A DNA stretch of 64,000 bases, taken from NCBI GenBank assembly GCA_016866235.1, contig VGMW01000001.1:611731-675730 (forward strand), in the 5' to 3' direction. Origin of the DNA: Bacteroidota bacterium. Its GTDB lineage: Bacteria; Bacteroidota; Bacteroidia; Cytophagales; Cyclobacteriaceae. The position numbers and the translations under genes are program-made. This document shows positions 19,116-29,417 of this stretch, in pieces (the first letter of the stretch is position 1; each line of letters begins with the position of its first letter). The notes below the pieces were generated by a model. That model worked only from the letters and a program-made list of their open reading frames with translations, was not told the DNA's origin and ran no database searches.

Positions 19116-19736
19116 CTAATTTTTTCCCGCCAACACCCGCTCAATGGTTTTGGCAACATTTTCGCCAATAATCTGATGGCCCTTCGCTGTGGGGTGTATG
19201 CCATCGGATTGATTCAATGCTGCAATCCCTCCAACGCCCTCCAGTAAAAATGGTATGCGGGTACAACGATTCGTTGCAGCGAGGTCCTTGAACATTTGTT
19301 CAAATGCTATGGAGTAATCTTTCCCCATATTAGGAGGGACCATCATTCCTGCCAGGATGATTTTAACCTTTGGATGCTTTTTTTTGACTTTATCTATGAT
19401 GGCCTGTAAATTTTTTCTTGTCTCCTTAACCGGAAGCCCCCTTAGTCCATCGTTGGCCCCCAGCTCAAGAAAAAAAATATCGATGTTCTGCCGGAGTACC
19501 CAATCGGCTCTGGCCAGTCCACCTGCTGAAGTGTCTCCACTGATCCCCGAATTGATTACTGTCGTCTGGATTCCCCTTTGACGCAGGATTCTGCCTGCTA
19601 CGGAAGGAAAAGACTCCTCCACAGTCAAGCCATATCCGGCAGTAAGACTGTCTCCCATGAACAAGATGGTCACAGGTTTTTGCGCCTGAAAGACCCCGAA
19701 CACTGATAAAATGGAAATTATTACCGCCCTAAGCAT
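19116..19736 (-). CDS. secreted SGNH hydrolase, TesA/arylesterase-like
   Basis: Blocks FMGDSLTAGYG, SGISGDTS, ELGANDG, DGIHPTAKGH. Internal ATG 19736 gives the signal peptide MLRAVIISILSVFGVFQAQ (track start: GTG 19784). Confidence 0.8.
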   Translation of the reverse strand: MLRAVIISILSVFGVFQAQKPVTILFMGDSLTAGYGLTVEESFPSVAGRILRQRGIQTTVINSGISGDTSAGGLARADWVLRQNIDIFFLELGANDGLRGLPVKETRKNLQAIIDKVKKKHPKVKIILAGMMVPPNMGKDYSIAFEQMFKDLAATNRCTRIPFLLEGVGGIAALNQSDGIHPTAKGHQIIGENVAKTIERVLAGKN

Positions 19737-19839
19737 TGTTCGCAATATAACTATGGTAGTTGAAAACCGACTGATCGGTATCACATACTCCTATACCATT
19801 CTGTTTTGCATATTGCAGCCGAATTCATCCTAACACTCA

Positions 19840-21558
19840 ATGAAAATTCATCCCGATCGCAAATTCTTGCCCGTTGATTTTAAGTTGAATAGCGCTGCTG
19901 ATGTGGTGCCCTATTTTGAACAACTTCTTGAGGCGTCGCTTTCTGACAGGGCCTCACTTGAGCATTGGTTGGTACTTAGAAATGAGCTGGAATGTGTGGT
20001 TGCAGAAGACCTTGGTTGGCGTTACATCAACATGACCTGCCATACTGAAAATGAGGACTTTCAAAAAAGTTACGCCTATTTCATTGAGAACATTCAACCT
20101 CAGTTGGCACAGTATGCCGATCAGCTTAATCGTAAAATTCTTTCTTGTGAGGCCGTTGGTAAAGTGGAGAATCTTCCCGGTTACCAGTTGATGATCCGAA
20201 ACCTCCGAAAAGAGGTGGAAATCTACAGGGAGGAGAATATACCTCTGTTTACTGAAATCAACTCCTTGTCCCAGAAATATGCACAGCGGTCAGCGGCCAT
20301 GACCATCGACCACAATGGAACAGAAATTACCCTACAGCAGGCAGCTGTTCTGTTGCTTGAAAACGACCGAAGCCTGAGGGAGCAAGTCTGGAGGAAGATA
20401 ACCCAACGCAGACTGGAAGACGCATCTGAACTGGATCAAATTTTTTCAGCTATGGTTAGACTCCGTCACCAAGTGGCGGTTAATGCCGGATTTGAAAATT
20501 TTCGGGATTATATGTTCAAGGCCATGGGCCGATTCGACTATACCCCAAAGGATTGTTTTGATTTCCATCAATCCATTGAAGAATATGTAGTGCCGAAACT
20601 AAACGACCTGGCCAAGGAAAGAAAGTCACGTTTGGGACTGAATGATTTGCGTCCATGGGATAAGGCCGTCGATCCATCGGGATTGCCACCGCTCAAAGCC
20701 TTTGAGGGTGGGGACGATCTCACCAATAAATCAATCGAATGTTTCCAAAGGCTTGATCCGTTTCTTGGTCAATGTCTCTCTACCATGAAGGAAATGGGGC
20801 ATCTTGATTTGGTTTCCAGAAAAGGCAAAGCACCCGGGGGCTACAATTATCCTCTGGCGGAAACGGGCATCCCATTCATATTCATGAATGCGACCTCTAC
20901 ACTCAGAGACCTCACCACGATCATGCACGAGGGTGGCCATGCCGTCCACAACTTCCTTACGAAAGATCTGCTCCTTAATGATTTTAAATCGCCACCAATG
21001 GAGGTAGCAGAGCTTGCTTCCATGTCCATGGAACTTATTTCAATGGATCAGTGGAACATATTTTTCAATAATCCCGGCGACCTCGTAAGAGCAAAAACAG
21101 AACAACTAGAGGATATCCTCGAGACATTGCCATGGGTGGCTACCATAGATGCTTTTCAGCATTGGATTTATGAAAACCCAAACCATTCTTCTGAAGAGCG
21201 GGCTAAAAAGTGGCGTGAAATTTTGAATCGTTTTAGTGATGTCTATACCGACTGGAGCGGCCTGGAGGAGGCAAAAGATTTTTTGTGGCATAAGCAACTT
21301 CATCTGTTTGAAGTGCCCTTTTACTACATCGAATACGGTATGGCACAGTTGGGTGCCATTGCGATATGGCGAAATTATAAAACCAATCCTGCCAAAGGCT
21401 TACAGGGTTACTTTGATGCCTTGAAACTGGGTTATATGACCGCTATCCCAGAAATCTATTCAGCTGCCGGAATTTCCTTTGATTTCTCCGGGAACTACAT
21501 TCGTGAATTGACAGAATTCACAGGCAGGGAGCTTGATAAGGCCGCGACCATCAATTGA
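19840..21558 (+). CDS. pepF: M3-family oligoendopeptidase (PepF-like)
   Basis: 572 aa. Zinc motif HEGGHAVH. The length and pattern match M3B oligoendopeptidase F. Confidence 0.8.
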   Translation: MKIHPDRKFLPVDFKLNSAADVVPYFEQLLEASLSDRASLEHWLVLRNELECVVAEDLGWRYINMTCHTENEDFQKSYAYFIENIQPQLAQYADQLNRKILSCEAVGKVENLPGYQLMIRNLRKEVEIYREENIPLFTEINSLSQKYAQRSAAMTIDHNGTEITLQQAAVLLLENDRSLREQVWRKITQRRLEDASELDQIFSAMVRLRHQVAVNAGFENFRDYMFKAMGRFDYTPKDCFDFHQSIEEYVVPKLNDLAKERKSRLGLNDLRPWDKAVDPSGLPPLKAFEGGDDLTNKSIECFQRLDPFLGQCLSTMKEMGHLDLVSRKGKAPGGYNYPLAETGIPFIFMNATSTLRDLTTIMHEGGHAVHNFLTKDLLLNDFKSPPMEVAELASMSMELISMDQWNIFFNNPGDLVRAKTEQLEDILETLPWVATIDAFQHWIYENPNHSSEERAKKWREILNRFSDVYTDWSGLEEAKDFLWHKQLHLFEVPFYYIEYGMAQLGAIAIWRNYKTNPAKGLQGYFDALKLGYMTAIPEIYSAAGISFDFSGNYIRELTEFTGRELDKAATIN

Positions 21559-21576
21559 AAGATGCTTCATGAGAAT

Positions 21577-21584
21577 TACCTTTG
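21577..21584 (+). promoter_or_regulatory. -7 promoter element (TACCTTTG)
   Basis: Perfect TAnnTTTG. Its G lies 15 nt upstream of ATG 21599. Confidence 0.5.
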
Positions 21585-21598
21585 CGCCGTAAAAAATT

Positions 21599-22702
21599 AT
21601 GGCATTCAGCTTTTTTAAAAAATCAGCTGCTTCGGAGCAGCCTAAGTCCGGCTCTACCGGTCATTACCGTGACCTGGTGATTCGGAGCGTAAAATCAGAA
21701 ACTGCCGATGCAGTCTCTGTTGAATTTGAAAAACCTGATCGGGCAATGGATTATCAGTCCGGGCAGTTTATTACGTTGGTGCTTCAAATAGACGGGAAAG
21801 AGGTAAGGCGTGCCTACTCGCTTTGTTCATCGCCTGCAACCGATGCAAACCCCACGGTAGCGGTCAAAAGGGTAAAGAACGGGCTGGTTTCCAATTGGGT
21901 GGCCGATAACTTCAAATCAGGTCAGACGATTAAAGTCCTTGAACCTATGGGGCATTTTACCCTAAAGTATAACCCGGACAACCAACGACAGATAATTCTT
22001 TTTGCCGGCGGCTCAGGTATTACGCCCATGATGTCGATCATCAAATCGATTACCGCCATCGAGCTGAAAAGTCACTGCACCTTAATTTATTGTAATCGCG
22101 ATTTGGAAAGCATCATTTTTAAGCGTGATCTGGAACAACTCGAACAAACTTTTCCAAGTCAATTGAAAGTAATTCATGTCTTGGATAATCCGCCCGCAAG
22201 TTGGAAGGGATATTCAGGGTATCTCAATGCTACCATCCTTGATAGCATTTTTCAATCGCCACCATCAGCAGATGCTTTATACATGCTGTGTGGACCTGAA
22301 CAAATGATGAAACTAACCGGTGAATTGCTTGCTGGAAGGGGTGTGCAGGCTGATAAGATCATGAAGGAAAGCTTCAGCCACGAAGTACAAACCAAGCCGG
22401 CCAGTAGCGTGTCGGAAAAAGAAGGGAAGGTCCGTGAAGTTACCATCCGTTACGATGGACAGGAGTTTAAAGTTTCTGTACCGCCGGATAAAACCATCCT
22501 GGAGACCGCACTCGGTCAGGGAATTGATCTACCCTATTCTTGTCAGAGTGGTTTGTGCACAGCCTGCAGAGGCAAAGCACTCTCAGGTAAAGTTAAGCTA
22601 GACGAAGAGGATGGACTCTCCAGCTCTGAAATGGCTGAGGGTTACGTACTTACCTGTGTAGGTCATCCGTTAACCGACGACGTGGTTATAGAAATCGGAT
22701 AA
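21599..22702 (+). CDS. ferredoxin-NAD(P) reductase-type flavoprotein with a C-terminal 2Fe-2S domain (PaaE/phthalate dioxygenase reductase class)
   Basis: 367 aa. FAD motif RAYSLCS, NAD(P) motif GGSGITPM, plant-type ferredoxin cysteines CQSGLCTAC...C. Confidence 0.85.
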   Translation: MAFSFFKKSAASEQPKSGSTGHYRDLVIRSVKSETADAVSVEFEKPDRAMDYQSGQFITLVLQIDGKEVRRAYSLCSSPATDANPTVAVKRVKNGLVSNWVADNFKSGQTIKVLEPMGHFTLKYNPDNQRQIILFAGGSGITPMMSIIKSITAIELKSHCTLIYCNRDLESIIFKRDLEQLEQTFPSQLKVIHVLDNPPASWKGYSGYLNATILDSIFQSPPSADALYMLCGPEQMMKLTGELLAGRGVQADKIMKESFSHEVQTKPASSVSEKEGKVREVTIRYDGQEFKVSVPPDKTILETALGQGIDLPYSCQSGLCTACRGKALSGKVKLDEEDGLSSSEMAEGYVLTCVGHPLTDDVVIEIG

Positions 22703-22713
22703 AAAACGCCCTA

Positions 22714-24063
22714 TTATTTAATCGTAGAGAAGTCGAATGACGTCTCCAGGAATTTGGTCGTAAACTTTCCACTGCGGAAAGTTTCATTGTCCATTAATGC
22801 AAGGTGAAATGGGATGGTGGTCTTTACGCCCTCAATCACAAATTCACTCAATGCACGTTTCATTCTGGTGATGACTTCTTCCCGAGATTGACCGCTCACA
22901 ATCAATTTAGCGATCATGCTGTCGTAATTAGGGGGTATGGTATAGCCGGCATAAACGTGGCTATCGACCCTGATTCCATGACCTCCTGGTAAGTGTAGGT
23001 TGAGGATTTTTCCTGGTGAAGGGCGAAATCCATTCGCAGGATCCTCAGCATTGATCCGGCACTCCATCGCAAATGCTTTTGGGAAATAATTGTTACCTGA
23101 AATGGGTACACCTGCTGCAACCTTAATCTGTTCTTTGATCAGATCGTAGTTAGTGACCTCTTCGGTGATGGGATGTTCCACCTGGATTCTGGTGTTCATT
23201 TCCATGAAATAAAAATCACCATGCTTGTCCACCAGAAACTCAATGGTTCCTACGCCTTCGTAATTGATGGCTTTAGCGCCTTTGATGGCAGCTTCTCCCA
23301 TTTTTTCCCTCAGCTCCTGGCTAACGATCGGGGAGGGCGTTTCTTCAACAAGCTTCTGATGTCTTCGCTGAATAGAGCAATCTCGCTCCGACAGGTGGCA
23401 GACTTTCCCGTATTGGTCGCCTACAACCTGAATTTCTATGTGACGAGGCTCTTCAACGAATTTTTCGAGGTACAATCCATCATTACCAAATGCTGCACCG
23501 GCTTCTCTTTTCGCATCATCCCATGCTTTTTTGAATTCGGATTCATTGTTGATGATCCGCATACCCTTACCACCTCCACCAGCGGTTGCTTTTATGATGA
23601 CAGGATATTTAATTTTTTTGGCCAACGCTACGCCTTGCTCCATATTCTCCAGCAGTCCATCAGAACCGGGAATGGTTGGAACGCCAGCCTTCTTCATGGT
23701 GTCCTTTGCGGTTGACTTATCGCCCATGGACTTAATCATGTCCGGTGTTGGACCTATAAACTTTATACCGTACTCGCTGCAGACGGCTGAGAATTCAGCA
23801 TTTTCAGAGAGGAAACCATAGCCGGGATGGATGGCATCGGCATTGGTAATTTCAGCAGCTGAAATGATTCTTGGAATGTTGAGATAGGAATTCTTGCTGG
23901 GGGCATCACCAATGCAAACGGCCTCATCGGCAAACCGTACATGTAAGCTCTCCCGGTCGGCAGTGGAATACACTGCTACGGTTTTGATGTCCATTTCCTT
24001 ACAGGTGCGGATTACGCGCAGGGCAATTTCACCCCGGTTGGCAATCAATATTTTCTTAAACAT
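22714..24063 (-). CDS. accC: acetyl-CoA carboxylase biotin carboxylase subunit
   Basis: 449 aa. [17 protein letters not shown]-terminus and ATG-grasp (ATP-grasp) core, collinear with AccC. Confidence 0.95.
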   Translation of the reverse strand: MFKKILIANRGEIALRVIRTCKEMDIKTVAVYSTADRESLHVRFADEAVCIGDAPSKNSYLNIPRIISAAEITNADAIHPGYGFLSENAEFSAVCSEYGIKFIGPTPDMIKSMGDKSTAKDTMKKAGVPTIPGSDGLLENMEQGVALAKKIKYPVIIKATAGGGGKGMRIINNESEFKKAWDDAKREAGAAFGNDGLYLEKFVEEPRHIEIQVVGDQYGKVCHLSERDCSIQRRHQKLVEETPSPIVSQELREKMGEAAIKGAKAINYEGVGTIEFLVDKHGDFYFMEMNTRIQVEHPITEEVTNYDLIKEQIKVAAGVPISGNNYFPKAFAMECRINAEDPANGFRPSPGKILNLHLPGGHGIRVDSHVYAGYTIPPNYDSMIAKLIVSGQSREEVITRMKRALSEFVIEGVKTTIPFHLALMDNETFRSGKFTTKFLETSFDFSTIK

Positions 24064-24100
24064 TTTCGGCGGGCTGTGGGTGGTTAATGAGGAACCGGGC

Positions 24101-24652
24101 TTAATCCGGCTCTACTACAAAAAGAACCTGGTCGTACTCAACCGGTGAGGAGTTCTCGCACATTGCCTTGACGACAGTTCCTGAAACTTCTGATTCAATT
24201 TCATTGAATAGTTTCATCGCCTCAATAATGCAGACTGTTTGTCCTTTGCTGACCTTATCGCCTACTGAAATAAAGGGCGGAGAATCAGGATTGGCTGAAC
24301 GGTAGAATGTGCCAATCATGGGTGATTTGATATCCAAAGTATTTTTTCCAGCGGCCGGTTTTTCGGCCTTTGGAGCTGCGGCTACTGGTGCTTGCGGTTG
24401 TGCAGCTGGTGCCGCTACAGGTGCCATTGCTACCGGTGCTGGTGCAGCTGTTTTATACACAGCCTGGTCCGGTTCTCTTTTGATCCGGAGCTTAAGTTCC
24501 TTTGTCTCGATGTCTACTTCATTGAGACCTGTTTTCGATATGTAATCGATTAGGTCCCTGATTTCTGCAGTCTTCATAGAGTTAGGGGTTTTGGTTATTT
24601 GGACATTACCGGATTTCTTTTCCGGTGAATGGGCAGATTTCTTTTTGCTCAT
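24101..24652 (-). CDS. accB: biotin carboxyl carrier protein
   Basis: A/P-rich linker and a C-terminal biotinyl domain with EAMKL. The start could instead be ATG 24577 (MKTAEIRDL). Confidence 0.9.
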   Translation of the reverse strand: MSKKKSAHSPEKKSGNVQITKTPNSMKTAEIRDLIDYISKTGLNEVDIETKELKLRIKREPDQAVYKTAAPAPVAMAPVAAPAAQPQAPVAAAPKAEKPAAGKNTLDIKSPMIGTFYRSANPDSPPFISVGDKVSKGQTVCIIEAMKLFNEIESEVSGTVVKAMCENSSPVEYDQVLFVVEPD

Positions 24653-24654
24653 GA

Positions 24655-25218
24655 TTATTTAACACGTTCAATGTAGTCACCGGTCCGGGTGTCAATTTTT
24701 ACATTGTCACCATTATTAATAAAAAGTGGTACACGGATTTCACTTCCGTTCTCCAGTGTAGCGGGTTTAAGCGTGCGGGTAGCGGTATCTCCCTGCATCC
24801 CTGGCTCGGTGTAAGTAACTGTCATGGTTACATGGGCAGGTGCCTCCGCTGAAATGGGGCTGGTTCCATTTTCAAAAACAATCAGAAGGGTTACACCTTC
24901 TTTAATGTAATTGGCGGATTCCCCCAACAATGCCTTGTCCAAATAGATTTGTTCATAGGATTGATTGTCCATGCAAACCAGGCTTTCTCCATCCTGGTAG
25001 AGGTATTGATACTCCTTGGTTTCAACCGAAAGAAGATCGATGGTATCGCCGGGACGAAATCTGTTTTCAGCCACTTTACCGTTTCTGATGTTTCTCATTT
25101 TCACCTGATAAAATGCCCTCAGGTTGCCAGGAGTTCTGTGTTGAAGTTCTTCAATTTGCAGCACCTCGCCGTTGTACCTTACATAGTTGCCTCTGCTCAG
25201 ATCAGAAATAGTTGCCAT
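24655..25218 (-). CDS. efp: translation elongation factor P (atypical loop; see findings)
   Basis: 187 aa. Collinear with EF-P in domains I-III, including TYTEPGMQGDTA and RVPLFI. It sits in the efp-accB-accC arrangement. Confidence 0.9.
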   Translation of the reverse strand: MATISDLSRGNYVRYNGEVLQIEELQHRTPGNLRAFYQVKMRNIRNGKVAENRFRPGDTIDLLSVETKEYQYLYQDGESLVCMDNQSYEQIYLDKALLGESANYIKEGVTLLIVFENGTSPISAEAPAHVTMTVTYTEPGMQGDTATRTLKPATLENGSEIRVPLFINNGDNVKIDTRTGDYIERVK

Positions 25219-25247
25219 AAAAATTCAATGGTTATTTAGGTTCAAGT

Positions 25248-26246
25248 TTAGTTCGTGTCGTAGGCCCATTTAACATAAGCGGCGCCCCAGGTAAATCCAC
25301 CCCCAAAGGCAGCCATGATGATGTTATCACCTTTTTTGAGTTGCTTCTCATAATCCCAAAGCAGAAGTGGAATGGTTGCTGCTGTAGTATTACCGTATTT
25401 GCTGATGTTCATCATCACCTTTTCTTCTCCGATACCCATGCGGTTGGCGGTGGCGTCGATGATGCGCTTGTTGGCCTGGTGCGGTGCAAGCCATGCTACA
25501 TCGTCGCCGGTCAAATGATTCCGCTCCAGGATTTTCGCAGAAACATCGGCCATATTCGTAACTGCAAATTTGAATACCGTTGAGCCCTCCTGATAAATCA
25601 CGTGTTGTTTCAGATCAACGGTTTGATGCGAGGCAGGCCTCAGACTTCCACCTGCCTTCATGTGTAAATATGGAGCACCTGAACCGTCACTTTTGAGAAG
25701 GGAATCCATTACACCAAATTCTTCCGTAGTGGGTTCAAGCAATACGCAACCTGCGCCGTCTCCAAAAATGATACAGGTCGAGCGGTCGGTGTAGTCTACA
25801 ATGGCAGACATTTTATCACCACCGATGACCACCACCTTCTTGTGGGCTCCAGATTCAATGAATCTGGCTCCAGTGGCCAGCGCAAAAAGAAATCCGCTGC
25901 ACGCAGCGGAGATGTCGTATCCGAAAGCTTCCGTGGCGCCAATTTCTGCAGCAACAATATTTGCGGTAGCTGGAAACATCATGTCTGGCGTAACGGTAGC
26001 AAAAAGAATCAGATCAATTTCCTTTGGATCGATCTTCTTCTTCGAAAGCATATCGTTCACGGCGCGAACACCCATGACCGATACGCCCTGATTTTCACCC
26101 TTAAGGATCCTTCTTTCTTTTACACCAGTACGGGTGACGATCCACTCGTCGTTGGTGTCCACCATTTTTTCCAGTTCCTGGTTGGTGAGCACATAATCTG
26201 GAACGTACCCGCCGACTGCAGTTATTGCTGCTCTGATCTTTGACAT
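25248..26246 (-). CDS. fabH: 3-oxoacyl-ACP synthase III
   Basis: 332 aa. Catalytic Cys in [23 protein letters not shown]. Confidence 0.93.
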   Translation of the reverse strand: MSKIRAAITAVGGYVPDYVLTNQELEKMVDTNDEWIVTRTGVKERRILKGENQGVSVMGVRAVNDMLSKKKIDPKEIDLILFATVTPDMMFPATANIVAAEIGATEAFGYDISAACSGFLFALATGARFIESGAHKKVVVIGGDKMSAIVDYTDRSTCIIFGDGAGCVLLEPTTEEFGVMDSLLKSDGSGAPYLHMKAGGSLRPASHQTVDLKQHVIYQEGSTVFKFAVTNMADVSAKILERNHLTGDDVAWLAPHQANKRIIDATANRMGIGEEKVMMNISKYGNTTAATIPLLLWDYEKQLKKGDNIIMAAFGGGFTWGAAYVKWAYDTN

Positions 26247-26251
26247 GTTTT

Positions 26252-26283
26252 AAAAAATGAAAAGCCCCGTTTTACTCCGGGGC
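26252..26283 (-). terminator. intrinsic terminator after rpmF
   Basis: The minus strand reads GCCCCG-GAGTAAAA-CGGGGC followed by TTTTCATTTTTT. Confidence 0.55.
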
Positions 26284-26307
26284 AAGGACTTGATATTAGA
26301 CCGATGA

Positions 26308-26499
26308 TCAGGCTGCAACCTCTTTTTCCATCACAACGGTACCTCTGTAATAGAGTTTACCCTCGTGCCAAAAAGCGCGGTGCGGTCTGTGGTGTTCGCC
26401 TGTGGTCGGGCAAATAGAAAGGTCTTTGGCGAAAGCCTTATAATGTGTTCTCCTCTTGTCCCTTCTGGTTTTCGAGGTTTTTCTTTTCGGATTTGGCAT
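26308..26499 (-). CDS. rpmF: 50S ribosomal protein L32
   Basis: 63 aa, with the [22 protein letters not shown] signature. Confidence 0.9.
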   Translation of the reverse strand: MPNPKRKTSKTRRDKRRTHYKAFAKDLSICPTTGEHHRPHRAFWHEGKLYYRGTVVMEKEVAA

Positions 26500-26510
26500 A
26501 ACTCAGTTGT

Positions 26511-27008
26511 TTAAAGTAGTTTTTTTAATTTTTCCCATCTCGGATCGATCTGCTCCTCTGATTTACCAGAAGTATACACGATCGAACCTGCGCTGTCGTT
26601 GGACTCATTTTGAAATTTCGGATGAAGCTTTTTCATGGGAATGGCTGTTCCCACCAGATCATAAATCAGCTTGCCGGCATCTATTTGTTCTGTTTCCCTG
26701 GTGATGTGGATGATGTCTTCCGACACTTCCTCCGCCACAGGAGCATATTTAAACAGGACCCTGCTTTCCACCTTTATCGGGTGGGTGAAGGTCTCAAGAG
26801 ACCGATCACAAACCAGGGCTACAGACCCATGGATGCTGATGTCTGCTTCAAGAAAGGTCTCTCGCTTGTCGAGATCCAACTCAACGTCCAGATTACCTTT
26901 TTGAACCAGCTCCTTACCGAAATGTTCAAAGAACGAGTCACCGATGTGGAAGCGGAATTCGTGAACCTTTAGGCTTAAACCTTTTATGTTGATCAAAAAC
27001 TCCTTCAT
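26511..27008 (-). CDS. YceD/DUF177-family protein
   Basis: Acidic protein of about 165 aa immediately upstream of rpmF, the classic yceD-rpmF pairing. I prefer ATG 27008 over the track's TTG 27026 because of the promoter motif at 27034. Confidence 0.75.
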   Translation of the reverse strand: MKEFLINIKGLSLKVHEFRFHIGDSFFEHFGKELVQKGNLDVELDLDKRETFLEADISIHGSVALVCDRSLETFTHPIKVESRVLFKYAPVAEEVSEDIIHITRETEQIDAGKLIYDLVGTAIPMKKLHPKFQNESNDSAGSIVYTSGKSEEQIDPRWEKLKKLL

Positions 27009-27033
27009 GCCACCGTACAATGACAACGGGGGG

Positions 27034-27041
27034 CAAATTTA
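27034..27041 (-). promoter_or_regulatory. -7 promoter element (TAAATTTG) for yceD-rpmF
   Basis: Perfect TAnnTTTG on the minus strand, 26 nt upstream of ATG 27008. Confidence 0.45.
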
Positions 27042-27101
27042 GAATGTTTTAGCCGATTTTTACCCGGTTACTCGTATTTTGAGTAAAGGAACTAACAAAT
27101 G

Positions 27102-27494
27102 TTAGGGTATAAATTCCGCAATTCCTTGAAACTGAGGGTTTGGAGTGAGATCGGTTTTGCCATTTTCCACTAGAAAATCAACAATTCCCTTTCTGAAACC
27201 CAGTCTCATGGCTATAGATCGGATAAAAATTACCTCGCTCTCCCTGATTTTATGGTCGGCTTTCATCAATTCAATGCAATCGCTGAGGTAAGAAAGTTTT
27301 TGTTGGACGTCTGCCGTCTCGGGGGTACGAATAGGCATCGGCAGTTGGATCAAAGCAGAAATCTCCTCTTCTGTGAGGTTGTTTTCTCTGCCAATCCTAT
27401 AAACCATCGCTTTTTCAAGCCAGGCAAATTGCTTGTCCGCAACGGATAGCCTGATTAAGACACTGAGTTTTCTGGTTAATTCTGTAATTGACAT
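27102..27494 (-). CDS. small TerB-like protein, paralog of 14202-14546
   Basis: 130 aa. NLTEEEISALI and LMKADHKIRESEVIFIRSIAMRLGF align with NEITEEEVDELI and LMKADGRVIREEIAFCEKIALRLGY in the other copy. Confidence 0.55.
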   Translation of the reverse strand: MSITELTRKLSVLIRLSVADKQFAWLEKAMVYRIGRENNLTEEEISALIQLPMPIRTPETADVQQKLSYLSDCIELMKADHKIRESEVIFIRSIAMRLGFRKGIVDFLVENGKTDLTPNPQFQGIAEFIP

Positions 27495-27528
27495 TGGACA
27501 GAGAAGCCCAATATAAAGAAACCCTTAA

Positions 27529-28539
27529 TCAGCCGGAAGGTATTTGCTTTCGCTGGTTTATGATATCGGCTGCCAGGTAAATGGCATGCCGCATCGAACC
27601 CTCATCAGCCTTACCCTTTCCGGTAATGGCATAGGCAGTTCCGTGGTCGGGAGAAGTTCGCACGATTGGAAGACCGGCAGTAAAGTTCACCCCGTTATCA
27701 AATGCGATTGCTTTAAATGGTCCTAGTCCCTGGTCGTGGTACATGGCCATGACGCCGTCAAAATTTTGGAATTGTGCGGTGCCAAAAAATCCATCCGCTG
27801 CATATGGACCAAATATTAGCTTGCCTTTGGTCTTGAGGTCCTCAATAACCGGCTTTAAAATTTTTTCTTCTTCATCACCCAATAAACCTTCATCTCCGGC
27901 GTGGGGATTGAAACCCAATACAGCAATCCGTGGTTTTTGTTTTCCGAAATCCTTCTTCAGCGAAAACTCCATCAGTCGGATTTTCAATTCAACCCGTTCT
28001 TTGGATAAAAGTCTGGGCACTTCCTTGAGTGGCACGTGTTCAGTCACCAGGCCTACTTTTAAATTCTCACTGACCATCATCATCAAGCTCTCAGTTGCCT
28101 GAAATGCCTTGGTCAGATATTCGGTGTGCCCCTGAAAGGGGAAATCATCACTATGAGAAGTTTTCTTATCGATGGGACCGGTCACAATGCCATCCAGGTG
28201 GCCTGCGTTGATATCTTCTACTGCTTTTTTTAGTGCTGTTACCGCTGCCTTTGCCGTGGTTACCGATGCAGTGCCGGGTTGAATCTCCAGGTTTTCATCC
28301 CAACAGTTAATGACATTCACCGATTTATGATGGTACTGCCCTGGTCCTTTGGGCGGACCATAGCTGAAGTCTTCTACATTGAGGGCTTTTTTATAGTAAG
28401 AAATAACACGCGATGAGCCATAAACAACCGGAGTGATCAGGTTAAGTATACGGTTGTCGGACAGGACTTTGATGATGACCTCTGGTCCAATCCCGTTGGG
28501 GTCACCCATGGTTATTCCAATTCGCGGCTTATCGTTCAT
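27529..28539 (-). CDS. pdxA: 4-hydroxythreonine-4-phosphate dehydrogenase
   Basis: 336 aa. GDPNGIGPE, GHTEYL, TSPDHGTA. Confidence 0.92.
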   Translation of the reverse strand: MNDKPRIGITMGDPNGIGPEVIIKVLSDNRILNLITPVVYGSSRVISYYKKALNVEDFSYGPPKGPGQYHHKSVNVINCWDENLEIQPGTASVTTAKAAVTALKKAVEDINAGHLDGIVTGPIDKKTSHSDDFPFQGHTEYLTKAFQATESLMMMVSENLKVGLVTEHVPLKEVPRLLSKERVELKIRLMEFSLKKDFGKQKPRIAVLGFNPHAGDEGLLGDEEEKILKPVIEDLKTKGKLIFGPYAADGFFGTAQFQNFDGVMAMYHDQGLGPFKAIAFDNGVNFTAGLPIVRTSPDHGTAYAITGKGKADEGSMRHAIYLAADIINQRKQIPSG

Positions 28540-28655
28540 TTGTTCGTGCCTCGGTAAATGCGATGCAAGCTAATGCTGAAGTCGGAAAACTTAAAATAAC
28601 AGGTATGCTCATTCGGTAGTTTGAATTATTGATCAGATTGGCCACTTTTACTTAA

Positions 28656-29417
28656 ATGGTTAAGCCTAAAAAATTTCTTGGTCAGCATTTTCTACGCGAT
28701 TTAAATGCCGCAGGAAAAATCGTTGAGGCCTTCCAACCTGGATCATCAAGCGTTGTAGAAATCGGACCAGGGACCGGGGTGCTCACCAAACTGCTGGTTG
28801 AGAAAAATTTACACCCGGTTTTATTTGAAATTGATCGTGAATCGGTTGCTTGGTTAAAAGAGCACTTTACAACAGAGCAGGTGGATATTCGCCATGTTGA
28901 CTTCCTCGAGACTGGATTTGAAGCGCTAACCGATCGTTCCATAGCGGTCATTGGGAATCTGCCCTACAACATCTCATCCCAAATTTTCTTTCGCATTCTG
29001 GAAAGCCGAGATCGGGTGAGTCAGGTGGTGTGTATGATTCAAAAAGAGGTGGCGCAGCGCATTGCGGCACCCCCAGGTGGACGGACTTGCGGGATTTTGA
29101 GCATTCTTATCCAGGCTTTTTATGAGGTGGAGACGCTCTTTCATGTATCGCCCGGGGCTTTTCATCCGCCACCAAAGGTGATGTCGTCGGTAATCCGATT
29201 GACCCGAAATAAAACTTCACGACTGGCATGCGATGAGGACCTGTTTTTCAAAGTGGTTAAGCGTTCTTTTCAGAATCGCCGCAAAACATTGCGCAACGCA
29301 TTGAAAGATCTAAATTTGTCAGCTGCTGTTTATTCCTTGCCCGTTATGGACAAGCGTGCTGAACAGTTGTCGGTTTCGGATTTTGTACAGCTGATTCAAC
29401 AGATTGAAAAGTCGTGA
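28656..29417 (+). CDS. rsmA: 16S rRNA (adenine1518/1519-N6) dimethyltransferase
   Basis: 253 aa. SAM motif VVEIGPGTGVLT, NLPYNISS. Confidence 0.92.
   Translation: MVKPKKFLGQHFLRDLNAAGKIVEAFQPGSSSVVEIGPGTGVLTKLLVEKNLHPVLFEIDRESVAWLKEHFTTEQVDIRHVDFLETGFEALTDRSIAVIGNLPYNISSQIFFRILESRDRVSQVVCMIQKEVAQRIAAPPGGRTCGILSILIQAFYEVETLFHVSPGAFHPPPKVMSSVIRLTRNKTSRLACDEDLFFKVVKRSFQNRRKTLRNALKDLNLSAAVYSLPVMDKRAEQLSVSDFVQLIQQIEKS

Noticed and set aside
26247-26307. Absence of plsX between rpmF and fabH
   Set aside because: Only 61 nt, containing a terminator hairpin, separate the two genes. As far as I recall, the pdxA-yceD-rpmF-fabH-(efp)-accB-accC order without plsX is usual in several Bacteroidota lineages. 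It is not treated as an anomaly.
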